Source: an uncultured virus (IMG/VR IMGVR_UViG_3300032093_000079) (taxonomy: Duplodnaviria; Heunggongvirae; Uroviricota; Caudoviricetes). Taken from it: DNA of 64,000 nt. Numbering within the stretch: position 1 is the stretch's first letter; each line of letters starts with the position of its first letter. The position numbers and the translations under genes are program-made. Shown in pieces: positions 1 through 8,026 of this stretch. The stretch lies in IMG/VR virus record IMGVR_UViG_3300032093_000079; one strand, written 5' to 3'. The notes below the pieces were generated by a model. That model was not told where the DNA came from, searched no databases, and was given only the letters and a program-made list of their open reading frames with translations.

Positions 1-108
1 CACAGGTGTACTCTAAGCTTGGACGAGTTATTAGACCTAGTAAAGAAGAAGGGTCTTGAGAACCTGACTGATGTAGAACTGACGAGACTAAAAGAATTGT
101 CCCGATAG
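1..108 (+). CDS. 3' end of a hypothetical protein (truncated by window edge)
   Basis: Frame 1 reads ...LSLDELLDLVKKKGLENLTDVELTRLKELSR* to TAG at 106-108. Confidence 0.55.
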   Translation, partial: HRCTLSLDELLDLVKKKGLENLTDVELTRLKELSR

Positions 109-139
109 TTTAATAGTCATCAGTTTTTTAGTATTATAG
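109..139 (+). promoter_or_regulatory. Putative early/middle promoter (TTTAA-N~16-TAGTATTATAG)
   Basis: Same motif at 1305-1336; variants upstream of 2790 and, reversed (TATTATACTA), upstream of many minus-strand genes. Confidence 0.6.
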
Positions 140-167
140 TAAAGTCAAACCAATAAAATAAAAAAAA

Positions 168-1304
168 ATGATTGAAATCAAAGGAGGCAGAAAAGAACAG
201 GTAGTTCGTCAGTGGTTCAATGATACACATGATGGTATCGTGCCAAGAGCAAAGGTATTAGAACTCTTTCAAGAGTTCGAGGAGATGCCAAAGGACGAGG
301 ATATCTCGTACGGGCTATTCAATGGAGTGATTAAAAAGATCCAGGCTGAGGGTCACGGCGCAAGTTCAGTGCCAACATCAGAGTCAAGCGGGCCTCGCCT
401 AATTCACTCCGTAGTAGAGCCCAACATCATCAACGTTGAGGACATGGAGTTTCCAAACTTTGGACTCTTTAGGACGGGTAAAAAGATCGACGATCTCTTC
501 TCAGACCATGAGGAAGGCGGCGGGCTCTATGGCGGTACCGTAAACATCGTCATCGGCGAGTCAGGTGTCGGCAAGTCGACCGTGATGCTGGACCTCTTGG
601 CCTCAATCGTGGACCAGAATCCAGAGGCAAAGATACTCTACATCTCAAGCGAGATGACACGCAACGATATCATGTTCTATTACCGCAAGACGCCAGCCAT
701 CGGTAAGGTACCTACCCTACTCCTAATGGACTATGTAAAGAACGGTCAATTGGCCCAAGTCTTGGAGAAGAGTTTCAATGGCGAGCACGATGTAATCCTC
801 TTAGACTCCTACCAAGACGTGTTGGTAAAATTGAAAGAGGTGCACGGTTGGAAGTCAACTAAGGCAGAAAGCTGGTTGACTAACATGATGATCGACGCTG
901 CAGAAAAATGCGGCAACGCTGTCCTCGCAATCCAGCACATGACTAAAGGAGGACAGTATGTTGGTTCTACTTATCTTAAGCATGCAACCACCGCGATGTT
1001 AGAGATCAGGTTCGACTTGACTGGTCAGCGATACATCGAGTTCTCAAAGAACAGGCGAGGAGGTAGCGGCACTGGTAAGAGACTCTACTACAAGCTTGAC
1101 GAGACGGGCGCTGTGGTATACGATGTTGCCCGCTTCAACGAGACCGAGGAGATGCGTAACTTCGAGAACGTGGAAACCCTACGTCAGCAGGACCTGACCG
1201 CACAGTTTGAAAACATCTTCTTGGGCGGTAGTCGACACCTGGACGAGGACTCCGTAGAAGAGGCGGAAACCGATGAGGACCTAGTTAAAATAATTGAGGA
1301 ATAA
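168..1304 (+). CDS. RadA/Sms-like RecA-superfamily ATPase
   Basis: Walker A GESGVGKST, LYISSEM, Walker B VILLDSYQ, IQHMTKGGQYVGS, KNRRG resembling the RadA KNRFG motif. Confidence 0.8.
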   Translation: MIEIKGGRKEQVVRQWFNDTHDGIVPRAKVLELFQEFEEMPKDEDISYGLFNGVIKKIQAEGHGASSVPTSESSGPRLIHSVVEPNIINVEDMEFPNFGLFRTGKKIDDLFSDHEEGGGLYGGTVNIVIGESGVGKSTVMLDLLASIVDQNPEAKILYISSEMTRNDIMFYYRKTPAIGKVPTLLLMDYVKNGQLAQVLEKSFNGEHDVILLDSYQDVLVKLKEVHGWKSTKAESWLTNMMIDAAEKCGNAVLAIQHMTKGGQYVGSTYLKHATTAMLEIRFDLTGQRYIEFSKNRRGGSGTGKRLYYKLDETGAVVYDVARFNETEEMRNFENVETLRQQDLTAQFENIFLGGSRHLDEDSVEEAETDEDLVKIIEE

Positions 1305-1336
1305 TTTTAAACCTCATCGCATAAATAGTATTATAG
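1305..1336 (+). promoter_or_regulatory. Putative early/middle promoter
   Basis: TTTTAAA...TAGTATTATAG, -10-like block identical to 129-139. Confidence 0.6.
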
Positions 1337-1368
1337 TATCAGTCAAAACAACTTAAAAAAATTTAATT

Positions 1369-2544
1369 ATGAGAGAAGTAACAAATTCCCAGTTCAGCGC
1401 GATTCGCGAGACAATGACAACTAACGAGCATGCTACAAAGCAGGTGCCGATCTCGGCAATCAAGCTTACGGAGCAGTCGTTCCTAAAGAACCAGATCGAG
1501 ATCGGCGGCCAGCCGGTAAGGGTATCTAATGGGTTCTTTCTACGAATGGCAAGCATGCTAAAGATGAACGCATCCCTGACCAGAGAGTTTATCAAGAACG
1601 AAAACTCAAAGGTTGCCGCGGCAATGATGAATGCTCTAAACGAGTATCGTCGTTCACAAGGAGGCAAGGACGTGCTGATCATTGCCGACACCCAGACCAG
1701 AGAGGTGATCGACATCTGTGATCCCAAGCGATACCGACGCCTAACCAACGAGTCCCTATTCGACATGACCGAAAAGATCATGAACGAGCACCCGAACCTA
1801 ATCATCGAGACGATCGATGCCAGTCCAAGCGGAGGTAATACCTCAATCAACTTCCTAAACTCCGAGGAGGTGGGATTTCCAGGAGCGGGCAAGGACGAGT
1901 TCTTTAAGTTCGGCTTTTCAATCACACAGACTTCTAAGGACACGATAGTTGAAACATATAACACCCGATTGGTGTGCTCTAACGGGCTTCGAGTAAGCTT
2001 TGGAAGCGGCGCAATCGGCGGCAATCGAGACCTACACTTTGAAGAAAAGTTCAAGCTGGGCGGTACCGAGGCGGACGATATCCGTACCTTCCTCAACCGA
2101 GTGGATGCAATGAAGAAGGCGGGATTTATTCCTGGAGGATTTCAAAGCTCGCTCTCATCGGCGGTCAACACTAAAGCAAGCTTAGCTGAGGTTTCGAACG
2201 CGATGATGTTGGCCCAACGTAAGGTTAGGGAAGTCGATCCTCAGTTTAAGAAAAACTTTATTGACACAATCGAACGTAACTACTTCGAGGGTCACCGTGA
2301 CACCATGGCCCGAATCATCCAAAAGGGACAGGATCCATACAAATTGAACGACAAGCAGAAGAGCTTTATCAAGACCGGCATGTCGGTATGGGACGTGATC
2401 AACTCGCTTACCTACCTAGGTTCCAATAACTCAGGAATCGAGTTGGCTGACATGCACGAGTTAAAAGCACAGGCAGGAGACTTATTCGCTAAGGGAACGA
2501 ACGGAGGCTTCGACCTACAGTTCGCTCAGTACGCGCAACTATAA
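1369..2544 (+). CDS. DUF932-like phage protein
   Basis: 391 aa; RLVCSNG motif typical of the DUF932/LGT_TIGR03299 family. Confidence 0.55.
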   Translation: MREVTNSQFSAIRETMTTNEHATKQVPISAIKLTEQSFLKNQIEIGGQPVRVSNGFFLRMASMLKMNASLTREFIKNENSKVAAAMMNALNEYRRSQGGKDVLIIADTQTREVIDICDPKRYRRLTNESLFDMTEKIMNEHPNLIIETIDASPSGGNTSINFLNSEEVGFPGAGKDEFFKFGFSITQTSKDTIVETYNTRLVCSNGLRVSFGSGAIGGNRDLHFEEKFKLGGTEADDIRTFLNRVDAMKKAGFIPGGFQSSLSSAVNTKASLAEVSNAMMLAQRKVREVDPQFKKNFIDTIERNYFEGHRDTMARIIQKGQDPYKLNDKQKSFIKTGMSVWDVINSLTYLGSNNSGIELADMHELKAQAGDLFAKGTNGGFDLQFAQYAQL

Positions 2545-2561
2545 GTTGGTTTGACGACGAG

Positions 2562-2589
2562 AAAGGGAGCCGATAGGCTCCCTTTTTTT
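2562..2589 (+). terminator. Rho-independent terminator
   Basis: AAAGGGAGCC-GATA-GGCTCCCTTT followed by T-run. Confidence 0.85.
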
Positions 2590-2789
2590 GTGCCCTAATT
2601 TTACTCCGTAGTAATGGGTCTCTGGCTATCGCGCGTCGTCGTAACACGCCCGTGCACGGGAGCTGACCGGGTCTCTGGCTTCCCCTGCCCGCTGGGACCT
2701 CGAGGAGCCTGGTCTACCATGGAGCTCGAGGCCCAATCTAGAGAGGACATTTTTTAAAAACTTAAATACTATCAAGAGTATAATATAGT

Positions 2790-3284
2790 ATGGAAGACTC
2801 TCGGTTTATTTTTTATTATCTCCCTCATGCTATTAGAAAAGGCTATGTGAATAGTAAGGGAGATCAAATGATAGGCAAAGTAGGATTGACTCGCAAAAGT
2901 ATTCCAGCATGGAGACTGCTCGCTAATGAGAAAGCTTCAAATACAATAAAGGATTATGTGATTCTTGAAGAAGGGACAATGACTTTTAAAGAAGCTCTAG
3001 CAAGAGAACGTGAACTCCAAGAACAATATGATTGTCTAGATAATATGAATAATCCAGACAATAAGAGAAAAATGTCAGATCGTTTAAAAACAGTTGAGAG
3101 AAAAAACTGCGCGCACTGTGATTCAAGTTTTCCGATAACTCACATAAAACAACATGAAAGATCATGTGATTCAAACGCATCGGCAGTCAAGTATTCTCCT
3201 CCTAGAGTAGAGTGTAAATATTGTAATCTATCTTTTGCGAATACAAATATCGCAAGACACGAGAAACTATGTAAATCTAAATAA
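2790..3284 (+). CDS. GIY-YIG-like protein with two C-terminal C2HC zinc fingers (homing-endonuclease-like)
   Basis: FYY...KVGLT...ARERELQ N-terminus; CxxC-x11-HxxxC twice; AT-rich relative to flanks. Confidence 0.5.
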   Translation: MEDSRFIFYYLPHAIRKGYVNSKGDQMIGKVGLTRKSIPAWRLLANEKASNTIKDYVILEEGTMTFKEALARERELQEQYDCLDNMNNPDNKRKMSDRLKTVERKNCAHCDSSFPITHIKQHERSCDSNASAVKYSPPRVECKYCNLSFANTNIARHEKLCKSK

Positions 3285-3400
3285 CTACGAGAGGACGGGT
3301 TTCCCTTGGCGAGGCTTGGTCATCCTACCGGTAAGTTTCTATATAGACAAGAAGAGGGTCCCTTAGGAGGACCCTGCTAGACTGAAGAACTTCAGTACTG

Positions 3401-3547
3401 TCATCGACCTTGGCCGCGATAAGCTTTTACATAGTTCTTGCCTCGTTTAGAGACGCTACGTTTCGACTTAGCATGCACGCCTGGTCTCTTCTTCTTTGGG
3501 TTAGACACTCGACCAATGGTCACAGCGCCCGCCTTTTTAGCTGCCAT
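3401..3547 (-). CDS. Small highly basic protein (48 aa, ...KNYVKAYRGQGR)
   Basis: Translated by hand: MAAKKAGAVTIGRVSNPKKKRPGVHAKSKRSVSKRGKNYVKAYRGQGR; GATAAATAA motif upstream (3564-3572, minus). Confidence 0.7.
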   Translation of the reverse strand: MAAKKAGAVTIGRVSNPKKKRPGVHAKSKRSVSKRGKNYVKAYRGQGR

Positions 3548-3576
3548 ACTCCCCCGTTTTTTGTTATTTATCCGGG

Positions 3577-3921
3577 CTAGAAGTCTTTTAGTAATAGCTC
3601 TAGCGCGGCTTCTCCATTGAATGTTTTTACCGCACGCACATAGAGTGTGTCGTTCTTATTAGTGAAGTAGGCATACTCATAGTAGAAGGAGAAGTACCAC
3701 GCGGCGTCGCTGGCGTACTCCATACTACTCCAATAGAAATCATCTTTTATATTTGGTATTTTTGATTTATTTGGGTAAAGAATATTTTTAAACTCTTCAA
3801 TCGTAGGAAGTCTCCAACCGTCTCCTAACTCTTTAACTTCTATAATAGCTTCGTCTAAATTCATCTTACCAAGATCATAGGTCAATACCATTAAATCCTC
3901 TATTATTATTAAGTCTTCCAT
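3577..3921 (-). CDS. DUF1566 (Lcl C-terminal, CLec-fold) protein; probable DGR target
   Basis: GWRLPTIEE...YWSS...AWYFSF...YVRAV motifs. Confidence 0.8.
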   Translation of the reverse strand: MEDLIIIEDLMVLTYDLGKMNLDEAIIEVKELGDGWRLPTIEEFKNILYPNKSKIPNIKDDFYWSSMEYASDAAWYFSFYYEYAYFTNKNDTLYVRAVKTFNGEAALELLLKDF

Positions 3922-3932
3922 ATAGATATTTA

Positions 3933-4625
3933 TTACATGAGATCGCTAAGATCCCGCTGGCTAGGAGTCTCTGGCTGGTCTTCCCAATTAGGAGTAATCT
4001 TACCAGGATGCTCGCGTCTCTGCTTCTTCCTTGGTACGGGCAACTGATCTCCGCCTAGCTTATCTAGCCTGTCTACTCCGGCTTTAAGAAGAAGATTAGT
4101 CAAGTCCTTCTCCTGTTCCTGCTGATATTCTGGTACACTAATAGCACTGTTGATAACCACCACTTCAACCCCATAATATCGGAACCAGGCAGGAAATAGC
4201 TCCCAGCCTACTCGGGCCAGCCTGTCAGGAGTCTCTACTATAATTACCGACACCTTCTTCTTAATTACATCCTGTATTAGGTCATGCAGGCCGGGTCTCC
4301 AGTCTAGCGAGAAGTCAGTAGCGGGACACCAGTCGTCGTATAGCTTCTCTAGAGAGATACCCCTTTGCAGGCACCATGCTCGGATAGTCTGCTGCTGTCT
4401 CTGCATGAGGTGCCGGTCGGACTCCGTAGTCCCGGCTACCCTACAATAGGCTACTGCCCAGTTCTCCTTTACGAGTCTCTTACCAAGTAGAGCATAGACG
4501 TCGTCATCCCAGTAGATCTTACGGCCTTTGGCGTCTTCGCTATATCTGATTCGACCCTTCTTAGTCCACGCTTTTAGAGTGTTATAGCTACAGCTGAGCA
4601 CCTCCATTGCTTCCTTTGCCCACAT
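3933..4625 (-). CDS. IS607-type serine recombinase (MerR-like HTH + resolvase domain)
   Basis: N-terminal HTH (EAMEVLSCSYNTLKAW), AYCRV, RPGL..LI, IIVETPDRLARVG; likely start MWAKE at 4625 after GATAAATAA at 4642-4650. Confidence 0.8.
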   Translation of the reverse strand: MWAKEAMEVLSCSYNTLKAWTKKGRIRYSEDAKGRKIYWDDDVYALLGKRLVKENWAVAYCRVAGTTESDRHLMQRQQQTIRAWCLQRGISLEKLYDDWCPATDFSLDWRPGLHDLIQDVIKKKVSVIIVETPDRLARVGWELFPAWFRYYGVEVVVINSAISVPEYQQEQEKDLTNLLLKAGVDRLDKLGGDQLPVPRKKQRREHPGKITPNWEDQPETPSQRDLSDLM

Positions 4626-5078
4626 AATTCGCTTCTTTCGTTTATTTATCCCGACCAGGTACACCAGGAAGCTATCAGTTTTGGGCATAGTTGCCAGTAG
4701 GTACCCTTTCGCATCGGGTTGATAGCCAAGGTTGATAGCTTGGGGGTTTCCCGTTCGGGACTCCGTAGTAAGCGTAGGTTGCCCTGCCGACATTACTGCT
4801 CACTTAAGGACTATCGGGGTGCAGAGCTAAAGGGATATCGGGGTTGGGTAGACTGTCACCCTTGGCGGGTGGGATTGGTGTAGGTTTAGTGCTAGATTGG
4901 GGTCTCTGCTATCTATAGGATCATCCGTTCCTGGGTCTATGTTGGTAGTGTCTCCTGTCTAGAGACTCTTTCCAATATTTCTTTTTTCCCTGTCTCTAGG
5001 TATCTTAGTATCTAATTGCGGGACTCCGTAGTAAAGGGCTCGGTATCTAAATAAATATAACTAAAAGAATTCTATATT

Positions 5079-5618
5079 ATGAAGTACATTAAACTGTTTG
5101 AGACCTGGCAGGGTTTTAGTAAGAGTGAGGATGAAGAGGAGAAAGACTATCGTGTTTCTCTAGATAAGTTGCTTACTTGGGCAGTTGACCAGGATTGGAG
5201 CAGTGATTGGAGCTGGATGCCTAATATCTTAATGGTAAATGACGAGTTTCCTGATGAAGGGGAGTGTATAGGATACTTGGAACTTCTTAAGAAGAATCGT
5301 GAGGTAGAGATAGAGGTCTATTCTCAAATGATAGATGGACAGGTTGATAGTAGTTGGGTAATTGACGATACTGTATTTGATCTTATTACTTGGGAATGGC
5401 CGTTTGAGGATGCTGATTCTTTAGATGATTTGGAAAATGCGACTGTGCGGAAATTAGTTGATGAAATAGGCGAAGGTGGTCTTATAGAGATCGGCGCGAA
5501 TATCGTAGATCTTATCGACTTTGTAGACTGGTCAGGTGACCGTGGAGAAGACTTGACTACCCTGACGCCTATTGGTTTTAGGAACTGGTTTAGATTACAG
5601 CGAGGCGGAGCCAATTAG
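5079..5618 (+). CDS. Acidic hypothetical protein with CTS-like N-terminus
   Basis: Starts MKYIKLFETW. Confidence 0.65.
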   Translation: MKYIKLFETWQGFSKSEDEEEKDYRVSLDKLLTWAVDQDWSSDWSWMPNILMVNDEFPDEGECIGYLELLKKNREVEIEVYSQMIDGQVDSSWVIDDTVFDLITWEWPFEDADSLDDLENATVRKLVDEIGEGGLIEIGANIVDLIDFVDWSGDRGEDLTTLTPIGFRNWFRLQRGGAN

Positions 5619-5661
5619 TGCTGGACTCCGTAGTAAATAAATAACTAGAAAAAAGAGGCCC

Positions 5662-6315
5662 ATGTTAAAATCATTTGTTCAGTTCATTGCGGAATCCAGT
5701 AAAGAGCCGAACTCGTTTGAAGAAGCGTTAGATCGTGGAATTCCCGATTGGGTGATTGACTGGGTCTGGCAAGACCGTTCGATCGGTAAAGTAGGCAGCC
5801 TCGAAGACTATCGGGGTTGGGTAGAACATGCCTATGCAGATTATTTCGTGACTCATCATTATTCTCGGTCAGACGAGATATTGCGTGCTTCCATATCCAC
5901 GCCCACTAAGAGAGGCCAGGAAAATTTCAACAGCGCAGACGCTTTCTTTGTTTCTCCGAAACTGGAGATATCCGAGGACAAGCTTAATTTCTTTATCCTG
6001 GTCCCAAAGGGTCTCAACTTTCTCCTCACTGATTATAACTTTAGCAATGCTCCAGAGATCAAGGAGGGTTTTAAGTTCGATCCCACATTGGAGACGGACT
6101 TTCGGTTACAGTGGTTCTCCTGGATTGGGGACAGGTCTAGGGAGCTTGGTTACGATGCGATCGTGCCGGACGACGGTCGTTATGAGATCATAATAGTCAA
6201 TCCAGAATCCCTAATACCTATGGGTTCGCTAAGGGACCTTGATGGTTTTTTAGGATACTTGGAACGGGATGAGACTGGACTCCGTAGTGACAACAGCGTT
6301 AGTAAACTGGTCTAG
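5662..6315 (+). CDS. Putative ADP-ribosyltransferase-fold protein with CTS-like N-terminus
   Basis: MLKSFVQFIAES; ILR...FFVSP...GYDAIV...YEIIIVNP pattern resembles ART (R-S-E) domains. Confidence 0.45.
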   Translation: MLKSFVQFIAESSKEPNSFEEALDRGIPDWVIDWVWQDRSIGKVGSLEDYRGWVEHAYADYFVTHHYSRSDEILRASISTPTKRGQENFNSADAFFVSPKLEISEDKLNFFILVPKGLNFLLTDYNFSNAPEIKEGFKFDPTLETDFRLQWFSWIGDRSRELGYDAIVPDDGRYEIIIVNPESLIPMGSLRDLDGFLGYLERDETGLRSDNSVSKLV

Positions 6316-6343
6316 TTGAGGAGTACCTGTTCTGTGTAGTTAG

Positions 6344-6574
6344 TTATATGGGTTCCGTGTTTTGGAGAAAGTTGCCTAGTTCAGTAAAGTATTCTCGAGT
6401 GCCGCCTTCTACTCTAAACTTGACCTGTTTCTTGGAGTCGACATAGTATTTGGGTTCTCCGATAAGTATGAGTCGGATGTCGTGTTCAAACTCAAACTCG
6501 TGGTCGTCGACTCCAATGTAGGGCCAAGGCGAGCGCTTTGCGCAGAGTTTAAGGATTACGGTGTAGCGTTTCAT
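6344..6574 (-). CDS. Hypothetical protein
   Basis: 76-aa ORF with early-type promoter upstream (~6582-6610). Confidence 0.6.
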   Translation of the reverse strand: MKRYTVILKLCAKRSPWPYIGVDDHEFEFEHDIRLILIGEPKYYVDSKKQVKFRVEGGTREYFTELGNFLQNTEPI

Positions 6575-6665
6575 ATAGTGCTATTATACTAAATGGGTGT
6601 TCTACTTTAAAAAGATAAAAGCATATTGGATCTTACAGGAGTCGGGAGACTAGCCCAGTGTTGGA

Positions 6666-7241
6666 CTAGTCGTGACTCCAGTTTGGAGAGTCTTCAATAG
6701 TGTATGAGTCTACCTCATCGTTAAACTCGCTAATGATAGTAAGGATATCGTCTACTGTGTGTATTACTGTTTGGCCGTAATATGTCCAAGTTGCATCGTA
6801 CTGGTCCTCTTCATTACCATACTCTTCTTCAAAGTCGTCGTTAGCATAGCTTGCTCTTAGTTCAAGATAGGAGTCTCCGCCTAGGTAGATTACTACTGTG
6901 ACTGGTTCTGTCCAGAGCAGGAAGTATTGATAATTATTATAGTGTTGTTCTGGCAGGTTTACCATGTCTGAACTAAGGGTAAACTCAAGTGTATTGTAAG
7001 GAGTTGGTCTAAGTACGGGTTTTCCCCAGATATTGGGTTCGGCCAGGTGTCGATCTTCTAGCTCCTGTAGTAGACGAGCCACCCATCCTGCAGGGTCGAC
7101 TCTCTTTTTTGACCTTGCAAAATCGGTTCGGTCAATCATTCCCAAGTCAAATAGTCTCTGTATGTCGTCAGTGGTTTCCCGACCAGGAGTCTCTTCATTT
7201 TCATTTATCCATGCCTGAAATCCTTTAATCATAGTAAGCAT
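6666..7241 (-). CDS. Acidic hypothetical protein with CTS-like N-terminus
   Basis: MIKGFQAWINE; ATAAATAA upstream. Confidence 0.65.
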   Translation of the reverse strand: MLTMIKGFQAWINENEETPGRETTDDIQRLFDLGMIDRTDFARSKKRVDPAGWVARLLQELEDRHLAEPNIWGKPVLRPTPYNTLEFTLSSDMVNLPEQHYNNYQYFLLWTEPVTVVIYLGGDSYLELRASYANDDFEEEYGNEEDQYDATWTYYGQTVIHTVDDILTIISEFNDEVDSYTIEDSPNWSHD

Positions 7242-7351
7242 CTATTTTTTTTATTTATTTATTTGCCGAACCGACCTCCGTAGTAGATGGTTAGTTATAT
7301 TATACTAATTAGATGGGATCCTTTAAAATAAATAACTTAAAAAGAGAAGAG

Positions 7352-7960
7352 ATGTCATTTATTAATTGGGGCGGAGAGAGCCCAGAACAGCTTAGGCTAC
7401 GTAAGAGATTTGAGGAGGAACAGGCTTTATTTGAACAGGCAGTCCGTGCTTCTAGTGCGATGGCCAGTATCGGTGGTGTAGGCGGATCGAGGTTACAGGT
7501 TCCTTATTGGAAGACTGCTACCGATACTGCATGGCTCTATCCAAAATCTGACCTAGCAGAGGCTCTTGAGCTCACCAATGTTGAGTATACTAAGGTGGGC
7601 AATCGTTATGTTTTCGCGAACCTAGTCGACCTTGACCTGTTCTATTATGACGTGTGGTACCGGACAAGTATTTCGCAGCCAGTCAACAACACGAGCTATT
7701 CGTTGGCCGTTAACACCGAGCTTAAGGGATCCCATGACGAGGTGTATCTTGACCTGGCGAACGGTACTCGTATAATTACCTGGCAGCTGATGACACAATT
7801 GACTTCCCAGTCTAGCCTACCCAATGGTGGAGATTCCCCTGACGGGACCATTGGATACGGTGCAATCTATTCCGATGTAGACGGTGATGGTGTGCCTGGA
7901 CTGATCACTGATGTGGGGTCGGGTAATATCGATCCTCTTCGATTTGAGCAGATCGGTTAA
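7352..7960 (+). CDS. FINWG-module protein 1 (putative virion protein)
   Basis: Start MSFINWGGESPEQ shared with 18577 and 24120; ATAAATAA upstream. Confidence 0.7.
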   Translation: MSFINWGGESPEQLRLRKRFEEEQALFEQAVRASSAMASIGGVGGSRLQVPYWKTATDTAWLYPKSDLAEALELTNVEYTKVGNRYVFANLVDLDLFYYDVWYRTSISQPVNNTSYSLAVNTELKGSHDEVYLDLANGTRIITWQLMTQLTSQSSLPNGGDSPDGTIGYGAIYSDVDGDGVPGLITDVGSGNIDPLRFEQIG

Positions 7961-8026
7961 ATGGGCCGTACTGGTCTATATCCAGTCTACTCCGGGTCGG
8001 GTTTAAATAGGTCTTCTAGGTCCATT

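Larger units (their letters stand above)
406..7284 (+). repeat. Dispersed, same-orientation 10-bp motif ACTCCGTAGT (often GG...AA flanked)
   Basis: Exact copies start at 406, 2603, 4421, 4760, 5023, 5625, 6279; one-mismatch copies at 1249 and 7275. Confidence 0.9.

Noticed and set aside
1353..2096. 247-aa minus-strand ORF and similar antisense ORFs (e.g. 35271-35885, 13782-14090, 61632-62033, 55323-55718)
   Set aside because: They are shadow frames of well-supported genes on the opposite strand, with no motifs of their own
3577..4793. Complete DGR cassette
   Set aside because: No reverse transcriptase, Avd or template repeat is visible in the window; only the target is supported
3933..4793. 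Intact IS607 element, and the longer 286-aa start
   Set aside because: No TnpB or element ends were seen; the N-terminal extension runs through the promoter motif, so the start at 4625 is preferred
406..7284. ACTCCGTAGT repeats as a CRISPR array
   Set aside because: Repeat is only 10-14 bp, spacing is irregular (260-1800 bp), copies lie inside genes, and no cas genes are present
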